A stretch of 64,000 nucleotides of DNA from Octopus sinensis (GCF_006345805.1 NC_043000.1:16430001-16494000), one strand, 5' to 3'; shown: positions 24,601-36,754, counted from the first letter of the stretch. The notes: generated by a model not told the origin, from the sequence alone. Program-made: numbers and translations.

Positions 24601-25583
24601 CACATGGGTATCGAAAAATGCATAGAGAGAGCGAAGGAATGTATATACTGGCCCGGCATTAACGCTCAAATCAAAGACATGATTAACACATGCTCATACT
24701 GCATTGACTACAAAAATCAACAAGCAGCCGAACCACTAATAAATCATGAAATACCTACTACACCATGGACCAAGTGGGTACAGACGTATTTCACCTGTCT
24801 GGAAATTCGTATGTCACAATTATTGACTATACAACAAGATTTTTTGATCTACACGAAATAAATGATTGCCAGTCAAAAACCGTAATCAAAAAATTAAAAG
24901 AAACTTTTGCTAAATTCGGAATTCCGCAAACAGTTGTAAGTGACAACGGTCCAGAATTCAATTCGGCTGAATTCAAAAAATTTGCAAAAAATTGGCATTT
25001 TCATCACACGAAGACAAGCCCGCATTATCATCAAGCCAATGGCATGGTTGAGAGAAATATACAGACAATAAAAAAGACGCTAAAAAAGGCATTCAAAAGT
25101 GACGAAGAACCTCAGTTAGCGCTCTTAGCATTATGCACAACTAAATTACAAAATGGTGCACCATCCCCTGCAAATCAAATAATGAATAGAACATTGCGAA
25201 CAAATCTCCCAAACATACTACACGACAAAATTGGTATCAGGCCTCACGAAAAGAAGAAATCAAACATTACAACAGAACTCCCAGAGTTAAAACCACACGA
25301 CACGGTTAGAATTAAGTTTAACAACAATTGGTTTAGAAGGGGCAAAATAATTAAAAAACTAGAGCAACCTCGTTCATACTTAGTAATAACAGAGGAAGGA
25401 AATACAGTCAAACGAAATAGACAACATATTCTTAAAACAAACGAACACGTTCGCATAACAGAAGAATTAGATTATGAAAATATATTTCCAAAGTCAACAA
25501 ACACGCATGAAAAAACAAAAACAGCACAACTACAGAATTCAACACTACAAAATAATAAAACCACAAAAGTGGACGACGAATAA
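21668..25583 (+). CDS. gag-pol: Gag-Pol polyprotein, interrupted by at least 8 single-base frameshifts
   Basis: ATG at 21668 (MENLPHP); tandem Cys/His knuckles CHYCGYNH..C and CEKCKKQGHYAKMC; protease KIDTGA; RT SQDD; RNase H TDASKHGLGA..ENDHKPL; integrase H..GHMG..C, SDNGPEF, NGMVER. Confidence 0.9.
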
Positions 25584-25611
25584 TTATTCCCTGTAGATAC
25601 AGATGATATAA

Positions 25612-25642
<31 letters not shown>

Positions 25643-25648
25643 GGAAGA
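25612..25648 (+). promoter_or_regulatory. Polypurine tract
   Basis: A-run plus GGAAGA immediately before the 3' LTR. Confidence 0.8.
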
Positions 25649-25884
25649 TGTTATATAATCATCACAACAAACATGAACAATCAACGTCGCCCATTGTCTC
25701 CCTTGATAAAAGGACTTTCACTTTGTTTCCCGCCAAAACAATTAACTTGTACAACAACGGCAGTCGAATAAAGTATCTTGTATCGTTAACACGTTGTTTC
25801 AGTCTCTCTCATTTTCTTAATCTTTCATACTAAGTACTCACTACTTCCTTTATTACTCAATACTATATATATATAACAACAACA
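25649..25884 (+). repeat. 3' LTR (236 bp)
   Basis: Identical to the 5' LTR; followed by TSD GTAGA. Confidence 0.95.
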
Positions 25885-27496
25885 GTAGATATATGAAGTT
25901 GCCTGCCTCGATTCCTCTTCCACGTGTCATCCATACTGTTTCTTTCAATATGGCTACTACGCAGAAAAATGACGCCTCCTTTTCCTTGCCAAAGGAGGGA
26001 TCCGTTCCAACTTGTTCAGCCACAAACAGGCACAACGATTAGGTGGTAGGTTATCACAGATGCTATAAACACCTGCGCAACCGCCGCCCTTCCTAGCAAG
26101 GATAGCGACCTCCCAGACCAAGTCTGGGTTGTGGCCGTCACCTTGCCCGTGACCTCACTCCAGTTTTTTTCCAACTGGAAATCTGGACCAAACCAGACTC
26201 CAAGCAGTTTAACCGGGCCCTCCGTCCAACGTCCCACGACGCTGTTGGGAGGCCTCGACTTGCCCCTCCAGGTGCTGAGTTGCAAGCCGACTGATTTTTC
26301 TCGGTTAATTTTTGCTCCTGCCGTCGCTTCGTATCTTTTGATGGCATCTTCTACACAAGGCAGCTGCCCTTCATAAGACACGATGATGGTTACATCATCC
26401 GCATATGCCGTCGCTCTCCTACCGTAACAAAAATCACGCAGTACCCCACCCCCCGTGACCTCCAACCTCAGCAGCAGGGGCTCAAGAGCTAACAAATACA
26501 GAAGTGGGGATAGGGGGCAGCCCTGGCGAACTGAACGCTCGATCGCGAATGGCTTCGAAAAGAAACCGTTTGCCCGGATGATAGATTCGATGTTGCTATA
26601 CATAGCATTGACCCATCCACGGAAAGTCGGGCCCAATCCGACCGCCCGGAGGACCGCCGCCAGATAACCATGGTCAACCCTATCGAATGCCTTAGACTGG
26701 TCCAAATTCACCAGTGCCCCCACCTTTGCCAGAAACTTTACCCACCCGTTCAGTAGTGTAGCATATGAGGTGAAGGTTGTCATGTATTGTCCTGCCTGGG
26801 ATGGCACATGTCTGCACCTCTCCCACCAGGTCGCCCACGACAAGCCTCACTCTCCTGGCTAACACTTTGGCCAAAATCTTTAACTCTGTGTTTAGCAGAG
26901 CTATGGGCCTAAAATTACTAATGTCATTCCCCTTGCCCGGGTCCTGATTACATCGACCCCTAGTGTTCCACTGATCTTCCTGAATATGCAGAAAGGGGTT
27001 TGGAGGTAAACTGAGAAGCAAATGTTGGGGCGGTTTCATCAAGATTGTTGCTATCGGGGTCACCTTGGTCGAAAAATGGTGAATAGGAGAATTTCACAAA
27101 AGATAATTCAGAGTTTGATAGGAGCTCGGTATTCTCTGCGTTCATTGACCGTAACAATTATGTCGGTCGAATATTTCATTAGGTGGTTTTGTCATTTAAA
27201 TGGGAGCAATTTTCACAGGTACTCTTTTTCGTTCAATGGGTTTCTCTTTATTAAAAGAATGTTTGTGCAAATGGCGGCATGACGTTGATGTTTGATACTT
27301 ACTGATGTGTATCATAGGGAGTAAAAATGCTTTTTGCAAAATTAGGTTGATTTCCTTTGGTCATGCAGACTCATAGCATACTAAAATCGTTGGTACTGAA
27401 AAAAAGCTAAAACTTAATTTTCAATTCAAAGTTTACTTTTTTTATGTCCCATTTAAATATTTTCATCCAATAACAATGATGAAACTGAAAATATTG

Positions 27497-27714
27497 ATTT
27501 CAAATTTGGGGGGTTCGGCCAGCAATTTGGAGGATGGTAGTGTAGTAAGTCGATTACATCGACCCCAGTGCTCAATTGGTACCATTCTATCAAACCCGAA
27601 AAGATGAAAGGCAAAGTCAACCTCGGTGGAATTTGAACTCAGAAAGTAAAGACGGATGAAATGTCGCTAAGCATTTTGTCCAGCATGCTAATGATTCTAC
27701 CAGCTCGCCACCTT
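27497..27714 (-). mobile_element. SINE family A
   Basis: Head and body match. Confidence 0.78.
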
Positions 27715-28520
27715 AAAGAAACTGAACAATATCATAAAAAGGGGTTTTTAGCTTTTGAATTGATCGACCAATTTGACCATATTTGATGCCATTTACTTTC
27801 GAATAAATGCCATTTACTTTCGTATTTCTTAGACGTTTACAGACTGTAGCATTTGCTAGATACCTGGTTAGACACCACGAGTGAGCCACAGTGGTGTGAT
27901 ATGGCTTGCTCAGATGTTCTACAATTAATCATCTTGTCATCCCATATAAACCTATTGGCACCTAATTCACCTGGTAGAATGTCGAAAGCGGCTAGCTGAT
28001 TCACAAACCTCGGCCCTTGATGACTCCGGCACTCAAACAGACGGCTTCAGACTTTTGAGGAGACGGGCCGATTCTGAACATTCACACAATGTTCTACAGG
28101 TATCTCCTACAAACACAGTGCGGGTTTTCTCTCCTCCCTGTTGACTTTGCCTTTCATCTTTTCAGATTCGATAAAAAAAAAAAAGTACTAGTTGATCACT
28201 GGGTCAATATAACTGACTTACCCAACTCCTCGGAATCGCTGGCCTTGTGTCAAAATTTGAAACCAATATTTTTCATAGTAAATATCATGTTCAGCAATGA
28301 ATATTACAGCTAAATATCGTGAGTTTGCTTCAGTTATTCTACACGCAGCTATATTCCAACAACAAAAGAAAGGGCCAGCAACGATACGATCTCCACGACA
28401 GAAGCAATACACCACACTATATTGGATCATGTTGGGGCCACCAATATGTCGGAGTGTGCTAGGTATCGCGGAGATTATGAAATAAAAATTATTAATTTAT
28501 TAAAATATGAAAGTTCATAT

Positions 28521-28721
28521 ATAGGAAGTTCTGAAAAAGTCCTAGTTTTGGGTAAAAGAAAATACAGGAGGATCAGTTACTTATAATTTTATTCAACATA
28601 TTACCTTCTCAGATTCACACACTTAGTGCAACCGTCCTACAGTCTTTCTAAGCCCTGTGAAAGAACTCAACCAGGCCTTTCGCGACACCCTTAAAGTCAG
28701 GAACTTTTCAGTACCCTCTCG
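28521..28721. mobile_element. Tc1/mariner-type MITE
   Basis: Right TIR GGAACTTTTCAGTACCCTCTCG|TA; homologous to 45484 and ~59660-59847. Confidence 0.7.
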
Positions 28722-29407
28722 TAGTTTGATGAGGATATGAGCTTGCTCTGTAGCACATTGTTTGAAGTTTATGAAATGGAAATTTTCAGAGCCAGAAGCC
28801 TTGTGCAGTTTTAAAACAACTGGAGGAGCTTTCGTACATGGTGTGAATATGTACAAGCCTGATGAAAAGAAAAAGAGTTGACTTGGAAAAGATTTATGTA
28901 GTATGTGCCGTGTGGAGTTGGATTCAAAATGGACGGCAAATGCAAAGCTTTTTCTATGGACGTATAGCTTAAGACCCCACTATGATTGAAAAGTGAAAGC
29001 CAGGAGGATTCCGTAAAACTGGTTGAGATCCTTCTCGCAAGCAACTAGTGATTTAGACAGAGTGTGTGCCGCTCGGTGCAGTCCTTGAATTTACCGCCGC
29101 TCCTGAGCCCAGGCTGACACAAGCTAATACAGTAGATCCAAAATCGCAGCCCCCATAAAAGCATTGCTCGGGACGAATTGCCCCCTTCCAATCCCTTACC
29201 TATGATACTGCAAAGGACCAGAAATCAGTTGTAGTTTGGGCGTTGGAGAAGTTTCATAGTAGTGATGCATTTTTCCATCTTACAGGGACCTGGCCTGAAC
29301 ACCTTAAGGCTTACGTGTAAGTGCACATTTATACATATACTTGGATGCATATTTACACACATTCATACATTCAATATATACGGGCAATATACACATTCAA
29401 TATATAC

Positions 29408-30127
29408 GGCGGCGAGCTGGCAGAATCGTTAGCACGCCGTCCTTAGCGTCATTATAAGGCGGCGAGCTGGCAGAAACATTAGCACAACGGGCGAAATGCT
29501 TAGTAGTATTTCGTCTGTCGCTACGTTCTGAGTTCAAATTCCGCCGAGGTCGACTTTGCCTTTCATCCTTTCGGGGTCGATAAATTAAGTACCAGTTACG
29601 CACTGGGGTCGATGTAATCCACTTAATCCTTCTGTCTGTCGTTGTTTGTCCCCTCTATGTTTAGCCCCTAGTGGGTAATAAAGAAATAAGAAACGATAGC
29701 ACGTCGGGCGAGATGCTTAGTGGGATCTCGTCTGTCTTTACGTTCTGAGTTCAAATTCCACCGAGGTTGACTTTCATCTTTCATCCTTTGGGGGTCGATA
29801 AATTAAGTACCAGTTGCGTACTGGGGTCGATCTAATCGACTGACACCCTCCCCAAAATTTTCGGGCCTTGTGCCTAGAGTAGAGAAGAATATATACGAGT
29901 AGCGGCGAGCTGGCAGAGACGTTAGCACGCCGGGCGAAGTGCTTCGCGGTATTTCGGCCATCGCTACGTTCTGAGTTCAAATTCCGCCGAGGTCGACTTT
30001 GCCTTTCATCCTTTCGGGGTCGATAAATTAAGTACCAGTTACGCACTGGTGTCGATGTAATCGACTTAATCCGTGTGTCTGTCCTTGTTTGTCCCCTCTA
30101 TGTTTAGCCCCTTGTGGGTAGTAAAGA
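29408..30127 (+). mobile_element. Cluster/multimer of family-A SINEs
   Basis: Repeated heads and bodies; tail-to-A-box junction near 29690. Confidence 0.85.
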
Positions 30128-30673
30128 AACGTATATACGAGTAGCTACAACCACCATGATAACTGTATCTCTATTGTGTGCGTGTGTGTCTCCCTCTCCC
30201 TCTCTGCATGCGTGCAGTACAAGTACGAGAATACCCGATGTCACACACTTTAAGCAGTTGTTCCCAAATTGACAAATACCAACCCACAAACCCACATTCA
30301 AAAAATATTTGTAAAATTGTTTTTTCTGTGTCAAATTTGGTTTTTTTACACCCTTTTTTTAACCGCGTGACGAGATAGAAATAATACTTTGCATCCATAT
30401 AATTCATCTTTATCTTCGACACTGTATTAGACAAGTTTAAATTATCTTTTAAACTATCTCATTTTATTAAACATGACAATGTATCTCGTTTTGTCTTACC
30501 AGCCCCTCTATTCATCCCTTCTCACAAATGAAAACGTTGTACTAAAACATAAATACACATGCACTTAAACAGATTCCCATAATTGGAGATACACATAGAT
30601 GCAACTCCATCCGTTAAAATATATGCATACATTTTCTACTGAAATACTTCTCTTATTTCACTGTAGTTTTTTT

Positions 30674-32202
30674 TTTTTTCTCATGACCTGGACCCCGTCA
30701 TTTCATGTCGTCTGCTTTGTGATTTTCAGTGAAAGTGAGAGTATTTTTCTCATGACCTGGACCCCGTCATTTCATGTCATCTGCTTTGTGATTTTCAGTG
30801 AAAGTGAGAGTATTTTTCTCATGACCTGGACCCCGTCATTTCATGTCGTCTGCTTTGTGATTTTCAGTGAAAGTGAGAGTATTTTTCTCATGACCTGGAC
30901 CCCGTCATTTCATGTCGTCTGCTCTGTGATTTTCAGTGAAAGTGAGAGTATTTTTCTCATGACCTGAATCCCGTCATTTCATGTCGTCTGCTTTGTGATT
31001 TTCAGTGAAAGTGAGAGTATTTTTCTCATGACCTGGATCCCGTCATTTCATGTCGTCTGCTTTGTGATTTTCAGTGAAAGTGAGAGTATTTTTCTCATGA
31101 CCTGGACCCTGTCATTTCATGTCATCTGCTTTGTGATTTTCAGTGAAAGTGAGAGTATTTTTCTCATGACCTGGACCCCGTCATTTCATGTCGTCTGCTT
31201 TGTGATTTTCAGTAAAAGTGAGAGTATTTTTCTCATGACCTGGACCCCGTCATTTCATGTCGTCTGCTTTGTGATTTTCAGTGAAAGTGAGAGTATTTTT
31301 CTCATGACCTGAATCCCGTCATTTCATGTCGTCTGCTTTGTGATTTTCAGTGAAAGTGAGAGTATTTTTCTCATGACCTGGACCCCGTCATTTCATGTCG
31401 TCTGCTCTGTGATTTTCAGTGAAAGTGAGAGTATTTTTCTCATGACCTGAATCCCGTCATTTCATGTCGTCTGCTTTGTGATTTTCAGTGAAAGTGAGAG
31501 TATTTTTCTCATGACCTCGACCGCGTCATTTCATGTCGTCTGCTTTGTGATTTTCAGTGAAAGTGAGAGTATCTTTCTCATGACCTGGACCCCGTCATTT
31601 CATGTCGTCTGCTTTGTGATTTTCAGTGAAAGTGAGAGTATTTTTCTCATGACCTGGACCCCGTCATTTCATGTCGTCTGCTTTGTGATTTTCAGTGAAA
31701 GTGAGAGTATTTTTCTCATGACCTGGACCCTGTCATTTCATGTCGTCTGCTTTGTGATTTTCAGTGAAAGTGAGAGTATTTTTCTCATGACCTGGACCCC
31801 GTCATTTCATGTCATCTGCTTTGTGATTTTCAGTAAAAGTGAGAGTATTTTTCTCATGACCTGGACCCTGTCATTTCATGTCGTCTGCTTTGTGATTTTC
31901 AGTGAAAGTGAGAGTATTTTTCTCATGACCTGGGCCCCGTCATTTCATGTCGTCTGCTTTGTGATTTTCAGTGAAAGTGCGAGTATTTTTCTCATGACCT
32001 GAACCCCGTCATTTCATGTCGTCTGCTTTGTGATTTTCAGTGAAAGTGAGAGTATTTTTCTCATGACCTGGACCCTGTCATTTCATGTCGTCTGCTTTGT
32101 GATTTTCAGTGAAAGTGAGAGTATTTTTCTCATGACCTCGACCCTGTCATTTCATGTCATCTGCTTTGTGATTTTCAGTGAAAATGAGAGTATTTTTCTC
32201 AT
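30674..32202. repeat. Tandem array of 22 x 69-bp units
   Basis: ATGAC recurs at 30683+69n up to 32132 with no indels. Confidence 0.97.
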
Positions 32203-32877
32203 TTCCCAAATGTCAGAGATTATAAGGAAAAATTATTCTAAAGTGTAACCTCGTATTTCTTTTTCTTAGACAAATAGTATAATGTGTTTATTAACAGCCT
32301 GCTTTGCTATTCTTGTGGTGCATAGGATGTTATTATTTCAGTGAAACGTAAGTACATTCAACAAAAAAAAATTGACATAATTGTACGTTTTTAGGTAATA
32401 ATTTCAACTGTAAACAAATGGTGTTAACTAAAATAAAGAGGTCATTTTTTTCATTCTTCTTTCATTGTTTCTGTCGGAAAAAGCGACACAAAAACAAGAG
32501 ACAATGGAAGAATAAAATGTGCTATATATATTAGTATAATTTTAGTGGGAGGTGGGTACTTTAAGAGTGTTGGTTAAGAAACTAACAAGTAGAATTTCTG
32601 GTTGGGTTTGGATTCCAGTTGGAAATGTATCACATCAATTATATTGCTTAATGTCTTATAAACGGGCATGAATGTCACAGCTACGCATTGACGTTTCCTT
32701 AACAGAGGCAGGAAAGGGAATACGACCGATAGGACGGTGGCTGGTTATTCGAGTGACAGCAATATCAATCTAAATAAATAAACATCTCATGTGAATTACA
32801 CTTGAGCTATAGCAATTGTTCAATATCCCCTGTCTTTAAATCGTCATCTAGTCTTTTGGGTATGGTTTTGGTAACAT

Positions 32878-32906
32878 TATACATACATACGTATGTACGT
32901 ACGTAC

Positions 32907-32937
<31 letters not shown>

Positions 32938-32966
32938 CATACATACATACATACATACATACATAC
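32878..32966. repeat. (TACA)n microsatellite
   Basis: Direct. Confidence 0.9.
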
Positions 32967-34149
32967 TACGTTCTCACTGAGTTTGTCACCGACTGGTGAC
33001 TAACTCCGTTGAGTCGTCACGGCTGTGACGAACTGATTTTTGCTTGGGGTGTGCTGGCTAATATAACTATCCAGAAGGATAGATATATCATTGAGAACAA
33101 TAGACTTAGTTGGTGGTCTTTGAGAAGAAACCTAACTTCAAGCTACTTTTTACAAATCACTTTTTGCGCAGTTTTCTAAACCTGAGAAAAATAAGTAGGG
33201 ATACAAATTTTGATTTTGTACCCCGTCGCCAAAATTTTAGGGGGTGCAAGCGCACCCCCTGTTCCTGGGCCCATGATCGTAGGCAGGAAACATGCAATAG
33301 GGAACAAAATTAAATAAAAACTATAAGATCTTGTTTGTAAAAAAAATTTGGGTCTGGGTTTGCACCCCCTAAGCAAATTGCTTCTTGAGTCAGTGCCTAC
33401 GACCGCAGCCATAAATGCCATTAATGAAACCGCTGCATACAAAGAAGCCAACGAAAGTGTATCCATGTGGTCATGAGGCTTGTCATAATTGATGGCCAAA
33501 AACGTTCTCTTAAATCTTACTTTCAACACTAGAAAAAAAAACCGGGATGTTTTTAAGTTTAGAATGATGGACGAGTGATGTTGGTTTATTGAGATGAAGT
33601 TGTTTTTCACTCAATATAAGTGGCCGCCACCAAAAAATGTCAAGAGCAACGAAAATACGTGAAACGAATGTTATGTTCAGTCATAAAAACAGAGTAGTTG
33701 ACCAGAAGACTCGAGACGGTAATGCTCAGCAGCAGCAGCAGCATACACCTTGTATTTGTAATTATGCTCCGATAAAGCCGGGCGGACCATTTCAACACAA
33801 ACGAGACCTCATCGTTGGTTTCCCTTCCCAGCATTGCTAGGGTAAACCCATTTGGAAGGTCATGAGTAATGATGGCATTGATGTAGTATCCACTACCATC
33901 ATCAATCCCAAGTTCCGCCTCAGCTCTATCCGAGAAGTTGTTGAGAAGTAATAGGTGGTTACTTTGGTAGTCAGTCGCAGGCATTGAAACCGCCCAGACT
34001 TGACAAGAAAATCAAAGTTTTGTAACTCTTTCCGATAATTGTTAATGCGAGCTGTTCCGTTAGAACTTGGGTTGTTGTACAAGGGAAGGAGTGACTGGTG
34101 GTGGGTGAGTCATTATTCATTGGCTTAAGTCCGCTCCCACCAGTTAAAA

Positions 34150-34560
34150 AGATGTTCTTCTGGCACCAGAAATCGAGTTTTTGCACCTTGCTCATCGAAT
34201 GATGGTGAAGGACGATGATATCATAAGAGCATCCCGTCTGCTGGGGCAATTCCCTAGTTGACTGGCGCTGATCCTTGTGGGTGAACTTGTTCAGTTGCTC
34301 CTCGCAGAACTGAACTGGTCAGCCAGAACGCATAGAGTCTGTAAGGTCAAATTTCCCTTCCTTGAAGCGTGAAAGCCATTTCTGTGCAGTTGTTTGAGTA
34401 AGAGTGTCTTCTCCGCACACAGCAGAAATGTCTCACATGGCATCTTGGCAGCTTTGGAACCTTGAATGAAAGCGAAGAGAAACAGGTGTCAAAAATGCTC
34501 ATTTTCTTCTCTTTGGCACTCCATCGTCATATGCCTGAAAAGAGAAAAAATTTGTTCAAA
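34150..34560 (-). pseudogene. Mariner transposase N-terminal (HTH) remnant
   Basis: From ATG at 34524: ..HLFLFAFIQGSKA / AVCGEDTLTQTTAQKWLSRFKEGKFDLTDSMRSG*P..QRQSTREL, the mariner WF.RF..G...D..RSGRP motif. Confidence 0.8.
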
Positions 34561-34602
34561 TGTTCAAATTTCAAAAATGATAAACAAAGAGAAAGAATAG
34601 TG

Positions 34603-34687
<85 letters not shown>

Positions 34688-34690
<3 letters not shown>

Positions 34691-35107
34691 TCTTTTACTC
34701 TTTTACTTGTTTCAGTCATTTGACTGTGGCCATGCTGGAGCACCGCCTTTAGTCGAGCAAATCGACCCCAGGACTTATTCTTTGTAAGCCTAGTACTTAT
34801 TCTATCGGTCTCTTTTGCAGAACCGCTAAGTCGCAGGGACGTAAACACACCAGCATCAGTTATCAAGTGATGTTGGGGGGGTGGAGGGGACAAACGCAGA
34901 CACACAAACACACACACATATATGCATACATGCATACATATATACGATGGGCTTCATTCAGTTTCCATCTACCAGATCCACTCACAAGGCTTTGGTCGGC
35001 CCGAGGCTATAGTAGAAGACACTTGCCCAAAGTGCCACACAGTGGGACTGAACCCGGAACCATGTGGTTCGTAAGCAAGATACTTACCACACAATCACTC
35101 CTACACC
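34688..35107 (-). mobile_element. SINE family C
   Basis: Complete bipartite body. Confidence 0.85.
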
Positions 35108-35697
35108 TACAAATATATACAATTTTAGAGAACGGAGTGGGTAAAATTCAGGCTCCATATGTTTCCTAGCCAACCTCGGAAGTGGTACTTACTGCGCTAG
35201 CTACTCATCAGACCAAAGATACCTTAATCAAATGAAGTCTACATTATCGAGGTTCTGCTACCTAGGAAAATATGTAGCCTGGATTTTACTTACTCCTTTC
35301 TCTAAATTTGGATCTTTTATTTGTATACACAGCAACCCCTGTTGCTAACTGTGAACTATAAGATAACTTTTTCAGCTTGTCTCTGATGACGGATTGCTCA
35401 GTGTGTGGACATGCTAACCTACCACTTGGGTTGTCCCAGAAACGGCTATAAGACTTCAAAGTCACCTTACCATAATTAAATTATTCTAAATGACTTGAGA
35501 TACTTGTTCTGCCTTGGTTTTTGATTTTCCCTCTAATATAATATATACCTGCAATAACGAAACCCTAATACGGATCCCTAGATGCAGCCTCAGCCGTGAT
35601 CTTGGAACCTAACGGTCGATCAACTATAACACCTATTCATTTAGATCACAACTGAACTAAGCTCCTAATATTCTATGTGTGCATGTGCGTGTGTGTG

Positions 35698-35935
35698 GAG
35701 GCGCATGGCTTAGTGGTTAGGGTGTCAGCACCATGATCGTAAGATTGTGGTTTCGATTCCTGGACCGGCCGACGTGTTGTGTTCTTGAGCAAAACACTTC
35801 ATTTCGCATTGCTCCAGTCCACTCAACTGGCAAAAATGAGTATCGCTGCGATGCACTGGCGTCCCGTCCAGCTGGGGAACACATACGCCATAGAAACCGG
35901 GCCCATGAGCCTGGCTAGGCTTTAAAAGCGCGCAT
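35698..35935 (+). mobile_element. SINE with family-D-like head and a distinct 3' tail
   Basis: tRNA head; tail GAAACCGGGCCCATGAGCCTGGCTAGGCT. Confidence 0.75.
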
Positions 35936-35964
35936 TTATAATTTTACTGTATATATATACAGAA

Positions 35965-36272
35965 ATTGCCGTGGCCCAGTGGTTAGGGCAGCAGACTCGA
36001 GGTCGGAAGATCGCGGTTTCGATTCCCAGACTGGGCGTTGTGAGTGTTTATTGAGCGGAAACACAAGCTCCACGAGTCGTCGGCAGGGGGTTGTGGCGAC
36101 CCTGTTGTACTCTTTCGCCCCAACTTTCTCTCATTCTTTCTTCCTGTTTCTTGGGTAACGTTGCGATGGACTGGCATCCCGTTCAGCTGGTGGGGGGAGG
36201 GCACAAACGTCACAGAAACCGGGAAACCGGGCCCATGAGCCTGGCTAGGCTTGAAAAGGGCGCATAAATAAA
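35965..36272 (+). mobile_element. SINE with family-B head/body and the same tail as 35698
   Basis: First ~190 bp are B-like; then TGCGATGGACTGGCATCCCG..GAAACCGGGCCCATGAGCCTGGCTAGGCT. Confidence 0.75.
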
Positions 36273-36327
36273 AAAAATCGAATATGTAATACAAGAGGTG
36301 AAAGGAAACCATCACAACTAAACTTCT

Positions 36328-36754
36328 GGATCTTTTCGGTTTGAACGGCAGTTTTTTCTAGCGGTGTCATATGAAATTGTTACCCATAATTATGACCCTA
36401 GTATCGATCTATTGCATTTCAATCTGTTTTAGGGTTAGGGTTAGGGATAGGGTTAGGGGTGGGGGGAAGGGTATCTTTTTTTCTTCCCAAATGTAAATAA
36501 ACCCAATCTGTTTCTTAAACGAGGGACATATTCATACGGCACAGAGTGTTTTCACCTCAATAGACGACATTGATTGGTTGAAATTGCAGAAATTGAAGAA
36601 AAAACAACAAATATCTTACAAACTATAGAATTTTCTCAATAAAGCCGAGAGAAAAAGATGTTTTATAAACACATTCTACCAGTATACGAAATTTAAAAGT
36701 GTTTAGTTACGTAGAAATTATTTTAAAAAAGTGCCATTCAAACCGAAAAGATCC
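36328..36754. mobile_element. MITE family M1
   Basis: TIRs; 8-bp TSD AAACTTCT; TTAGGG tract at 36429-36470. Confidence 0.93.

Larger units (their letters stand above)
21354..25884 (+). mobile_element. Full-length Ty3/gypsy (Mag-like) LTR retrotransposon
   Basis: TG...CA LTRs at 21354-21589 and 25649-25884; 5-bp TSD GTAGA; PBS; PPT; domain order gag-PR-RT-RH-IN. Confidence 0.97.
21165..27030 (-). mobile_element. 5'-truncated Tx1/L1-clade LINE, split by the gypsy insertion
   Basis: RT motifs NFRPIALLNTELKIL, DQSKAFDRVDH, VRQGCPLSP and YADD (26016-27030); C-terminal part at 25885-26035 continues at 21220-21353 across the TSD; A-rich tail near 21165-21215. Confidence 0.85.

Noticed and set aside
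22037-24659. Alternative-frame and antisense ORFs within the gypsy element
   Set aside because: Shadows of the gag-pol frame with no independent motifs.
28800-29330. Possible decayed LINE coding sequence
   Set aside because: Protein-like stretches, but no motif I could identify.
30674-32202. CRISPR array or repeat-protein gene
   Set aside because: No unique spacers, no cas genes and a eukaryotic context; the one mostly open frame is broken by TGA in several units and has no splice or start support.
36429-36470. True telomere or chromosome-fusion scar
   Set aside because: Short, degenerate and always internal to the M1 MITE.
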